Source: Klebsormidium nitens
Lineage: Eukaryota; Plantae; Klebsormidiophyceae
Assembly (NCBI GenBank): GCA_000708835.1
Contig: DF237151.1
Location: 62,001-126,000, forward strand
Reading direction: 5' to 3'
Length of the DNA stretch: 64,000 nucleotides
Below, in pieces: positions 22,601 to 34,349 of this stretch. The notes under the pieces were generated by a model, which was not told the origin of the DNA, searched no databases, and saw only the letters and a program-made list of their open reading frames with translations. The translations under genes were made by a program, and so were the position numbers. Every line of letters starts with the position of its first letter. Position 1 is the first letter of the stretch.

Positions 22601-25600
22601 ATACGTTTGACATGAGGAACTGAGAATGAGCAGCATCGCAAGCGAAAAGACGGACGTGGGCTTGCGAAAGTACAGCGCAATAGCAGACCAGAGTATCATT
22701 GCTGTTCTAACTTCGGCTAGGAATAAGAGGTACAGCGGCTAGGCAACAATCTGCAGAGACCAATGTTTGAATGATTATCGTAACGCAATTACTCGCTCGC
22801 AGAATGTTGCTGAGGCAGCAAGCGAAAATGGAAAGCCGGGCCGCATGTCAAGCCTTGGTTTTATATGCCGTAGAAATTGGATAAAGCACTTCGAACGCAA
22901 TTGAAGACGTTTGAGGAGAAGCTAACAAAAAGACGGTGTCATCCGGGGAACTATCGTTTCAGAGGCTTTTCCTGCGTGGTCGGTTTTCGACTCGATTCCC
23001 TTAAAGCGATTAAGGCAATTTGATGGCGTCACAGAAGGTTGAAGAGAATCACATACGCCAGCTTCTTTCGAGACCCAGAGCATCGAGCCAGCTGAACGGC
23101 AGTCAGATCCATTTTTCATGGAAACATTCCGTCAATCTCATTCAGCAGGGTTTGAGGACTGACACGAAAGTGCTGCAATCGACGCGCGTCCTAGTCGCTC
23201 CGAAAAGCCTGGCATCAATGTCGAACTTTTCGTCCTGTCATCAATTGGAGCGCGCTCGTCAAGGAGCGTCCCCAAGATTCGTGTGCATCACCGCCTTTGT
23301 CGGACTTCAACTTCGCCTTAGCTGGCCAAAAGTCAACAACAGTCACTGTCAATGTTCAAAAACAGTTTGCAAGAAGGCCGTAAATACATATTTGCTTTCT
23401 TCTAACAGCAGCATAGAAGAACATAAGAAGGTCTGGGTTTCCCAAGAGCCGCCGAGCGCTTGTCTTCGCAGCAAAAGACGGAAGGACGTTGTTTATGGAC
23501 AGTGATGCTCCGCGTCCACGTTTCCGTGGAAGACACGCCCCCCCATCCCGCAAAGAAGACTATTAGTAGAGACGTCAGCTTGCCTCCCACTCAGTTCGAA
23601 ATTCATAACAAGCAGCGTCCAAACGACGCCCTGAAAGTCATCTCACAAATCCTGAGTGCTTTTCCGATGCGCAGCGCACTGGTTTCCTGGCTGAATCCGA
23701 TAACCGCCAAGTGTAGGACTTGCACCCACGACCGCTGAGCCGAACTTAGCATCAGTTCTGCGAACTCGAGGAAACATGGGGCGTAATCACTTGAGCCCCA
23801 GTCCTTGTTCAACCTTCTTTTGCAACTGTGGAAGTCACATGCTTATAATGACATAGACCGAGAACCATCAACTGAAAATAGGACCTGCAGGCACATAAAG
23901 TACGGGAGCCTGGTTACACTTGGCACAGCAACGACACACTAATAAAAACGCCAGTCTTCGGATCCACCAATTGGCTTACTCGTTGAAAGTGGAAACAATT
24001 AAGGCCCATGAAGCCGTCTAACAGGCTAGTACGCTGGCTAGCGTACGTAGTTGAGCTGTCGCTTTGGCTGCGGCCCCGCAGTCCATTTTCGGGTATTCAG
24101 AGTTGCGGATTTGAACTGGGCAAAAGGTTTGGAACAGTGGGATGCACTGATCGAGCGGGTCAGTAACGTTGTAAGTGATTGCATGCAAACACCTCAGGAC
24201 GGATTTGAAAGCGTCTACACATTACGGCTGCTCTTGACGCAATCCAGCCCCAAATTAAAAAAGCATCATTGCTGCACCATCACATATAACGGAAATAAGC
24301 AAACGGTTTTTAGTCCCGGCAGACATCAGAATCATTTCGAGATAAGCGAAGCAAGCGATTTGCCTGAGCGAGGTAGTCGATGGGTTGTTTTCTGTGAAGC
24401 TACCATCGCCAAAAGAAAGAAAATGTCGAAGCGAACACTACTACGGACCGGTGTGACGTCGAGCCCCCCAAACGAGCTCTTGGAGACCTCGACGACAAAC
24501 ATCATTAATGAACGGTTCAAATTTCGCAAAGACCCAAATAACGAGTTGCAGACGATAAGGATCTGCGGTCCAGAATTGCAACCAAATCATTGACAGCGAA
24601 ACGAGTAAAGAAGCTATAAAAAAGCGTCCACCAGTGTACACGACAGTCATTGGATCGAACAGGGCCCATTGCTTTCACAAGCCGTGGCTTTCGCGGACTC
24701 TAGCGTGCTTGGATTATGTGGAAGACTTGCTCGGAGATTCGCGCTTGCTTTAGGCGATTCTGAAACTAGTTCGGGTTCGTGCCGGAACATTCCGCAAAAT
24801 TCAAAGTTTTGATCCAAAAGGCGTCAATCAGAACCTATAAGCCAACGGTGCTGACGCTGTCGTTTAAGATGGTGGGTAGTAAAGCCTGCATGCCCTCTGT
24901 GTTGGAGACGCTCTTTTTTTGACCGCATGTGCACCATTGCGTCAGTTACAGGCTGGTAACCAATATATGTAGAGCGCCCTCGTGGCCTCAGGGTATATCA
25001 GATGCAAGAGACGCTTGGCCACCACAATCAGCGCCAGGTCTCCAGCCCTCCTTAGCCCTTATCCCGGCAGAAGATTACGATTGTGCCTGCAATTTTCATC
25101 GTGAATTGAAGACGCTCAGGTCCGCAGCTTTCAACTTCGCTGCTCAAAATGTGCGCCAGTGATGATCCTTACCTCGTCGAGCGACTTCATTGTGTCATTG
25201 CATTTGAAGCTCTGGGCCGCACAAGACGTCAAGAATAACAAGGATTCAAAATGGATTGGGTGGCGAGTAAACTGTGAAACGGGCTTTGGTGATATCGAAG
25301 AAGGGGGTCCACTGTCAGCGTCCAAGGCAGACCGGTGGAGATCTAGTTCTTGTAGCACAGACTACGATGGTACCAGAGAGAGTGCACAAGTCTGGTTCTT
25401 GATACACTGCGATGACGCGGCAGCAGCGTCAGTGGTCTCGAGATGACCTTCTGGACCAGATAAAGTTTGATGCCCAGATCCCAGCTCACGTCATTGCTTT
25501 ATCAAAACAAACGCGGATGAAAGTTTTGTTCGATGAGAAAGCAAGCTTCTTTAGCTAGCTTACCTGCACCCGAAAGCAGCACCCGAAAGCAGATCTAAAG

Positions 25601-28600
25601 GTATGTTTGCTAAGCCCAGATCGTAAAGTTTATCCACAGAACAAACAGCAGACTCCATCTTCTGCCGTGCATGCCACAACTGTGACGTCACAGGCTGATA
25701 GTTTCTGGAGGGATTTTCGGTAACGAGGGCGTCAATGACAGCCGCTGCTGCATTTGGCGCGTAGGCCATTAGATGCAGGCGGCATCGCATCATTGCCACG
25801 TGACGCTCCCCAAGAGATGCTCACGTATAATATGACGCAGTCAAGGGCACCTAAAAAACAAACACCTTATTTGCAACTAAGCGTGCGAAACACTAGATCA
25901 CAGCTAGTGCCATCGCAAGCGGACGGACGATGAATCCGCCTGTTTCAACGGTTCTGAACGCCCCACTGTCATTGGCACTTGAATGGGGGCTTGTCAAGAT
26001 TGGAATTTCCTGTGCACTGGCAGTAAGAGCAGACTCGGAGAAAGTGGCTCAGAGCGGGAAAAGTTGGGCGACGCAACGGTCACGTACTTTGAAGGGATTT
26101 GTTAGTCTTCATTATTTTGCAATCTCCAAAACGTTCTCGACCTTGCAGTAGATCGACTCCGAAGCCCCCCTTACTTCACCATCTTTACAAACAGCTGTCA
26201 AAGCCGCTTTCCTCACCAAATCGTGCAACCTACGAACGTCCTATCTGATCCGTCAGCTAGAGCACATACGTCAGACTAATTCTTTCTATTGCAAGGGGCA
26301 TCCGAGTCAAAGTTGGATGGAGCTAGATGGTCCAACAGTGAGGCTCTCAAACGTGCCCCAAAGATTTGCAGATTATGGCCGGCCGGAAGGTAACACTTTT
26401 GCAAGTCCCTTCATCTCTTTCTCACGTCTTTTCTGGAAACTTGTAATCAGCGATCGCTGGCAGCAACAATCGAAGCAAAGCAGAAGAACGCGAAGGTAAA
26501 AAAACGGAAGCGCGCGGCATGTTCGGAGCTTTGCTTGAATATTATGCTAGAGTCTGTCCAGGCATGATAAAAAGGATTGAATGTTGATGGAGCTAACGCG
26601 TTACATAAAAGGCAGATGATGACCGAGTCAATCTGGACGGGTCACGCGACAAACCTTCTCGTTGATTCTGCACTCTAGGCCCCAAGAAAGACAGAGGGAG
26701 TATGTTAATAGCTTCAGCCTGAGTTACTGGAAATAAGCAGTTGAGGGCGATTCCCCTTCGGGTACCTCAACATAATATGGGCATCCCAGCCACAACAGTA
26801 TTGGGCGCTGAACAGTACGACAGCTGGGATTGTGCCCAGCTGAGTAAATCTCGCTTTCAAGTTCTTGATGCCCTCTGACTGTTTGTGAAGTAGAGAATCG
26901 AACTGGAGACTCGATTTGAATGTGGGTCTTTCAGTTACCCACGCGTACTCACGACAATTCTCGAGGCGGGACGCCGCACGCTCTCCTCCTCCGAATGTAT
27001 GGGGGACGAAAAAGCAGGAACGCCGCCGTCTTGCACCTTTGACTTCCCACGTGATTGAGTTGGCTATTACGGTACAGAGCCACAGAGCCCTACGAAGGCC
27101 CCAAGTCCGTTGAATAACGCGGATCTCAACACCGCCCTTCACTAGAGCTTCGGGCCTCGACTTCTTCAGTAAGGACGCGTCGAAACACTTGTGGTGGCGC
27201 TTTCAAAATCTCCTGATGCTCCATGCCTTTGCCACATCAAGAGTACGAAGCTCGGGCTTCAGCAGTGCCAGTGCAGCATCGGCTTCACAGGAAGACATCT
27301 GCGCTGCCAGCTAAGCGTTCCAAGTGGGTAGCAATCATCATCGCTGCTCGATTCGGACAGCTGTTACAGCTCGCGCCAAAAGGTCGTGCAGAAGGAAATC
27401 CACAAAACCGAGGAGAAAGAGGCAGCCATGAGAATTGTATTCCGGATGAGAACAGCTTCCAGAGACTGCACTTCGCGCAGTCCGGTCACTTTATATCAGT
27501 GGAATGCCGTATGATTGAAGGATGACTTCTAAAGGAGCTGGCAACCAGCAGATGCAACGTTACGTCTAACGTCGCACGCGCCTCAAAAGCCTAACGAATG
27601 TAATCGAAACGAGTATCTAGTTTCTGTGAGGGACTCAACTAAGGCCGACACAAACTTGGAGCATTGTCGCCTGCCTCCTTTTGAGCACGTCACGGTAAAG
27701 TCTGAACGTGTATTGTTAAGGCCCAACTACTACTCTATGTGTACAGCATTAATAGGCTTGTGTCGTAAAATTGGATGCTCCATCTTCTAATCGGCCCAGA
27801 CGTGTACATCATCGCTGTTTGGAAATCGAACCGCCCTCGAGTCCAAGCCGGATCGAGGTCTACCCACAAACTAGCAGCAAGAGGATGTGAGCTAGGGCTA
27901 GCTTGTGCATTCATATCACGGACTTCTTCAATGAGAGCACCCGATATCGATCAAGTGAAACTTAAGCAATGAACTAGGTTGAAACGGTTGGGGGATTGAT
28001 CACCCGCGTCTTGCCCGAGTGTTAAAAGACTACCGTCGAACGTACATCAGATGCGGCCAAGCTGGAAAAAATTTCCAGGAAACAATCCCCAAAATGACGC
28101 TTATGCAGAAACAGAGTTTTCTAGTAACAGCGTCAGCGTTTGCCTACTACCAGAGCTCTCACTGAGGCGCGGGCTTTAAAAGCGCCCCGGACATCCACAC
28201 GTGCATCAGTGCTGTAGAATTCGTTTCTAAATCCTAATTTGGGCACCCAGGCATACTGATCAAGAGGCTGAAACAGTCGCAATTGGAGAGTCCGGGATAC
28301 AGCAATCGGACCTCTCTCTCTGTGATTAAACTTCGTCCCTTACGTACCTGTAATGTTACTGTCTGCTTCAATCATAATGAGTTGGGCGAGTTCGCTAATT
28401 GTCGATCTGAAAGTCCGCTGAGTGACGACCGACAAGATTTGCTTCAGTGCTCTAAGGTGGTCGATAGAGAGTGGCATGCCATTACAGCCTGAGGAGGCAA
28501 GTTGGTTATAGTGACCTCTAAGGAGGTATGAGAACAGCGCGACTGCTGATACGCGCAATCGATGAGAGATGGGCGATCGAAGGAGACGACAGAACGGCTG

Positions 28601-31300
28601 CTCTCGCCAGATCTTAGCTACGCCACGGGAAGCAGACTCAGCAGTAGATTCAGAGCAAAATCCTGGATCCGGCGCCATCAGTGCACCGATCATGCAGCGC
28701 AACGGTCTCTAGCTCATTCATTATCGACGTGAAGCGGCCTAACTTCGACTGACAGTGCGTACGTGAAAGGATGCAGCGAAAGAATGAAGGGTCGATGATT
28801 TTGAAGAGGATTTTTGCGTAACCACGAAGAGGAGGCCTTAAAGAAGAAGCGTGAGGCAACACCTTCTCAAAAAGAACTCTAGGTGGCGCGCGGCGGCCTT
28901 TACGAGCTTTGACCTTCTCACATGGGTCTCAGATCGGAGCTAAAATCTGCCCAGACTCATCAGCGCAACCGTTCAGCTCGAAAACGGAAAGATACCTAGA
29001 AAGACTCAGTTGCTCTAATCGAGGCATTGTAGACGGCTAGGCAGAGACGTGGGCGGCTTTTGTTGGCGTCGGCTTTGGTTTGCCTTCTGAACTATTGCAC
29101 TAACCCATGTCAAGCCGGGTACGTCCAAAACGGGCGACCCGAAACACCCCTGACACACTCAGTTCAGATCACGAAAAGGCGTGGCTTTCACCAGGTGAAG
29201 AGGCCGGGTCAGTCCATATTGTTCACAGTCATGTTCAGCCCAGGGTGATTGAAGTCGATAATTATTCAGGACAGGCTGCGGCCACAAGTGCATGATACTG
29301 CCGGCAAGGCGATTCTAGTACTTAGACTTCGCCGCGGCAGACTCGGAGGCGTCAGGAAAATGTTAACAGGGGCCTCTGCTGAGGACGCTGATGCAAGGTC
29401 CCCAAGCTCAAAGCCCAAATCATAGCCACGTATGGAGGGAACCTTTGGACAAGGAAAAACTATTGAAATTGTAGGAATAGGTACACGAGTCTCCAAAAGT
29501 GAAGATGTTCTATCACAAGCAGGGGAAGCTTCACATATGCAAGCAAAAGCGGAGTCGTCAAATCATCGGCGTGACCAATTCGGAATGATACTGATGTATG
29601 ACCAAATGAAAAACGATTGGGGCGTCAGGATAAAGCGCAATCCAAGTGCGAGTACCTGACCGGTAAAGGCCAGTCTCGGACCTTCACATCATCGCCTGGC
29701 CCACTCGTCTAGAAACTGGGAAAAACTTCAGGACGTGACTCAATATATGAAAGAACGAGCACTGAGAAAAGGAACGATGTTGTCCACGCGCTTAACAATG
29801 AAGTCACCAGCGCCCAGATGACTGCGTTGATTATGTCAGACGAGTACGTCATGAGCACCCGAGCTTTCAAACATGGTGGGCAGGTCTCGGTGGGACCCGA
29901 TGCCGCACTCAATTTTGCCACGCACCGACGTGGTGACAGAATAGAGCGACTTGGGGAGTGGGCGTGGAATGGAAAGTGCGCCGCTTCTATTTGAAACCGG
30001 TCAATTGGTCATTCCGCAAGACGATTGTTATTTGTATACGCCCAGCACAAGGAAGTACTTCCATCCTAGCTTCGTGAAAGATTGGCAGCTAATCATGGGC
30101 TCTCACCTCTGGCAACTGTCAGGATCAAAACACCATTCTCGGACCATCCCTCATCACAGCGGTGGCCAAAGGGCTCCGATGAATGTCAAAAACAACTCTC
30201 TTATGTGCCCACCTTCCTCGCTTGTTGAAACGAGATCCATTCGGATCTAACATCTTGAATTCTGGAAGCAGGCAGATCTCCTTGTAATCATTAAATTGGT
30301 TGATTGACAGCGGGACTGAAATGTGAACGCACGGACGGTAGCCAGGTGTTTCGGAGACACTGGCGCTTATTGAGAAAAAAGAACGGCAAGATTCACGAGC
30401 TGAGGTTGAAAAGCCACAAGATAAGCGATCGGGCAGATGTTCTGAACGCGTTTGAACATGTCAGAATCTGCTTTGAAGTATGGCGAGATCTCCTCCAGGG
30501 AATTAGGGAGATGAGAAGCAAAGCGTTAGCACTTCAGACGAATGCAATTAATTGGGGCAATATTCGCTGATGCCCCGTTTCTGTATGTGCATCACAGCCA
30601 GAATGATTGCAACTACTAGCGCCGGATCCACATCAGCTAGACGGCCGGAAAGAAATTAAGCCGGGTTGACTAATTGAACCCGATCGAGACCAGCTATTTA
30701 GGCTATAAGGAAACACATGAAACATCTCGAAATCTTCACTGGTAGATCAATTTGAACCGAAGAGAATGCATCATAAAACCTCAGAACTAGGAGACCACGT
30801 AGCCTGCTATACGGTACTCTATCAGCGGCGACCGAGAAGCTAGGATCCCCCTTTGAATGTCGCCATTGAACCGCCAGGTGTCAGATTTTCGGGCGGACAC
30901 AAGAGATCCTTACATAAGTTGGGCCTTTCTATGTCATATGTCGGCGGCGGGCCCAAGTTCCCTATACGTGGGCCTGCCTTACCTAGCTAAAGATGCCAGC
31001 GATTTTATGTTGCTTTTGCAAAAGCGCGTTTGTTTTACATCGACAGAAATCAAGGGTCCACAACTTCGGTGCCCATCAAATTGGACGCGCATTGTGGCGC
31101 CATGCAGCTGACGGTCTCTAGCTTAGATATTGGCTCGTCATCGCTGCTTGCTGCAAAGTAGTAGCCATTTTAAACGACGGTATAGAACACTTAACAAGAA
31201 AAGCACATACTTTGGAAATCTATATAAATGTTCAACAGAGTACGATGCCAGCAACGTACCTGCAAGAATACCTAAGCAGAGAAAGGTAATTCTCCTCTTG
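19700..31300 (-). pseudogene. Field of highly decayed LRR (F-box/RNI-like) gene relics, part 1
   Basis: Minus-strand fragments IPGLKKL (about 22230), CLPGLKTVCL (about 24310), GLQELVWG (about 24480), LQELDLH (about 25350) and F-box-like LANIPLDLL (about 25600). Shared DNA motifs gtgcatcac (about 19765, 23283, 30587) and cat[tc][ga]ctgc. No long intact reading frame. Confidence 0.5.
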
Positions 31301-32237
31301 ATCTGACTACGATGGTTGCCAGTCAAAATTGTCATCTATTTGACGCTGATCTCACTACACTATTGTCAGTCGAGTTTGTCATCTATTTGACCATAACAAG
31401 GGCCGATATACAAGTATTCTCTTCAAGATTATTGATCTAGCAAAGGAAGCACAGGGAGTCACTTATCATCGACACTTTCAGCTTGTTTCTCCTCGAACTC
31501 CCTCTTATTTACCTTCGTACATCTCACAATACTCTTCTTGACTCTCACTGCTAGACCAATCCCGTTCTTTGAGAACCAACGCGACGCGAGAATAAAAAAT
31601 ACCCGAGGAAGCGAAGCCAGTATCTCGAAGCCAGTATCTCAAACTAAGTTCTGGTCAACTCAACCTCGCAATCCAATTGGGATTGATTATACGTCCCTGC
31701 AAGAGGAATCCGAAATCTTCTAAGTCGATAGTCTCATGAAAATGTATGCATCTTCGCTACAAAAGCCCAACCCAAGTAAAGCAAAGCCAGGTTTGACAAG
31801 ATCGGAGTGAGGGTACCTTCAGTACCTCAACTTAAGGAGAACTAAGGTGGAGATCAATCAACCAAGATGAACATGCACTTGCAGCAGCCCCTTGTGACAG
31901 TCTCTCTCGTATGGAAAGATTGCCCCACATTCTCGATTAGCAGTCCCATATGCCAGCTTAACACCCTCCGTACTCTGCAGAGCTTGACTTACGGTCGTTT
32001 GCAGTGATTGCAACCGGATGCCCGAACTCTAAAATTGTCGATATCCACACAACCGCTGCACCGCGAGAAGCAGATGGTCAGCTAGTCCTGTGCAACACAC
32101 AGGGTTTCCACAATCTGGAATATGATCTGACGCTGCCTCTCAGAGTTGCTTGTAACGTCAGGTCTTCTATGCAATTTGTCTTCCTATATTCCTTTGTTCC
32201 TGGTTGATGCTTTTTGTACTGCAAGCCAAAGTTCTAT

Positions 32238-33189
32238 TCAGTCCTGGCATTGTAGAATGTACAAAGGAGAAAGGATTATTGGAGAAGATGCAACAAAAAA
32301 GAGCCGAGACGCTGAAGGGAATCGATTGACTTGCCTTTTGTGGTTCAGTACAGGGCCCACCCTTCTTTCCCAAAAAACCATTATGTAGATGATTGGTGCC
32401 TCCTCTTCTATGACGGCCCTTGACAAAAAGACTGGGAGGAAGACCTCCTTCAAACCAAACACAACCAGGGCGACGAGTGCTAGGAGTACTATCCGGAAGA
32501 TGAGTACAACCAATAGAGTAATGCACACAAAAGGGGAAAAAAACCAGGAGGGTTTTCCTGGTATAGGATTTTCCCCCCCATTATAAGGTATCCCCACTAG
32601 GTCGTACCACCACCGGTGGTCTGTACAACGTCGTTTTCTAATGGGCCTATCAATGCTTTGGAGCAAGAATGGCATCCCAAGTATGGCATCTTGTATACAA
32701 AGGAGTGGATGGAGGAAAAGGGCCAGAAACAGAAGGGCGACAAGTCTAACAAAGGCAGTGCCAAGACCTGACCACCCTTGCCTCCATATGATGATTGCTA
32801 GGACTATATACAACATCCTAACCTGCAGTAAGAAAGTGGCATGTGAGGTAAGTCAAAAACCTTCTTTCACTTCCAATTGATTGGAAGTCGTCGTATAAGT
32901 GCCGTTCATGCAAATTCAATCCTCTCTACAAGTGCTGTCCAAAGGTGGTACAAAAAAACATCAGAATCTGATCTAGATGTCCTATGGGTTTATTGAGAGT
33001 GCTTGTATACAGTTGGTATGTGATGCGACCTACCGGTGTCAATTCGAGGAGGTTGTTGGCGATTCCACTTAACGTGGGGCTGATGGGAGCCAGAACGTCG
33101 CCAATGATTTGAGTCGCATTTGGGGACGAAGCCATCACTGCCAAGTGTAATTTCCAATTTTTAGCTTCAACTCCAAATAAGGCCATTTC
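32238..33189 (-). CDS. Uncharacterised multi-pass membrane protein candidate (2 exons found, at least about 245 aa; ends uncertain)
   Basis: Segment 33189-33034 (cag|GAA ATG...CCG|gtaggt) splices in phase 0 onto the 195-codon open frame starting at 32822 (tactgcag|GTT AGG ATG). About 4-5 hydrophobic segments (MLYIVLAIIIW, FVRLVALLFLALFLHPLL, FVCITLLVVLIFRIVLLALVALVVFGL). Confidence 0.5.
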
Positions 33190-33974
33190 CTGCAGGGCAT
33201 GTTATCTGTGACACTTGGAAGAGTTATACCCTGCATGTTTCTTAGTTGGAACGAAGGCGGCCGAATCAACAGGGGGAGTCCGAACACCAATGGTTGCAGG
33301 CAACTTCAATGCAGCTGGTATGGTCCTCTGTCTTCCAAAACCATTCAAATTTAGTCAGGCAGCTGTGTTCTAGATGCTGCCCGCAGCTCTTCCAAACACC
33401 AAAACCCACCTGGCTGAGATTCTCCACCCCTTGGCGGCCTGCGCACCTCACCTTACTTTCCAATTGTTACAAACTCCTATTGAACACTACTTCTTTCAAC
33501 CGCTGACTTTGCCTGTAAGAATTACAAAACCTAGCTGATCAGGTACCTCTCAATCGACACATTGGCCGCCTGTGCGTCTTTGCGCCTTCTGCCCCTTGCT
33601 CCTCTGCTATACCTCGTATCCTACTTTATCCAAATTAGATAAAGTGAGAAGCGTACAAGCGAGCCAGCTCGGAGCTCATCAATTTCAGCTGAGCTCATAG
33701 CTTATAGGGGGCTTATAGGTATCTCGCGTTGTATCCACGCCCTGTACGTTCTGTCCGGGTTGGATTCTGCTTTCATTGAACTCGTAAAATGGACCTGGTT
33801 CTTGGGATTGCACTGCAGCTAAAGGGCGTAACGTAGCAAGCGCGCTTGCTAGTGCTGGCGACATGAAAGAAGGCTACTCATTCCCTCAATTTTCGTTCTT
33901 TCCTGTAGGCTAATATTGGGTATTAATAATTATATATTCCGGTGTTTAGCCACTGGCGCAGAAGGAGAAACTTG

Positions 33975-34205
33975 CCACCGCGGCATGCATTACCACGGGC
34001 CCGGGGACATTCAATAGCCAATGGACACATGCCATGATGCCATGTAGGCATGGTCCATCATTCTCCGTGCCAGCACGGTGGGCGCAGGGCGGCCGCGACG
34101 GCCTTAGTGCATATCCAATTAAGTTATGCGCCGCCATTGGCCGCCCAGTGGCCGTAATGGCGGCCGCCGCAGCGCAGCCGCGGCCGCCGCAGCAGCCGCG
34201 CTCGA
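33975..34205. other. GC-rich block with two imperfect hairpins beside an AT-rich patch
   Basis: atggacacatgcc...ggcatggtccat (about 34021-34058), cgccattggcc...ggccgtaatggcg (about 34130-34162) and repeated gcggccgc. AT-rich flank at 33915-33937. Confidence 0.35.
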
Positions 34206-34349
34206 ATGTCGATGATTCATCCGCAATATCAATACATACAATGGTCGTCGGCCAAGCCAACTCAAAGTCGCAAGTGAGTGCCACAGCACCTCAAATGTCA
34301 CTTCTCGCTGCTACGCCTCCCTCCAGCAATCGTAACCCCTCGTGAACTT

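Noticed and set aside
24051-24593. 180-aa plus-strand ORF
   Set aside because: The opposite strand carries LRR-like fragments (GLQELVWG, CLPGLKTVCL); no independent support.
29710-29830. IYERT...VVHALNN resembling the Josephin catalytic motif
   Set aside because: The catalytic Cys is absent, surrounding frames are interrupted and no downstream His/Asn motif was found.
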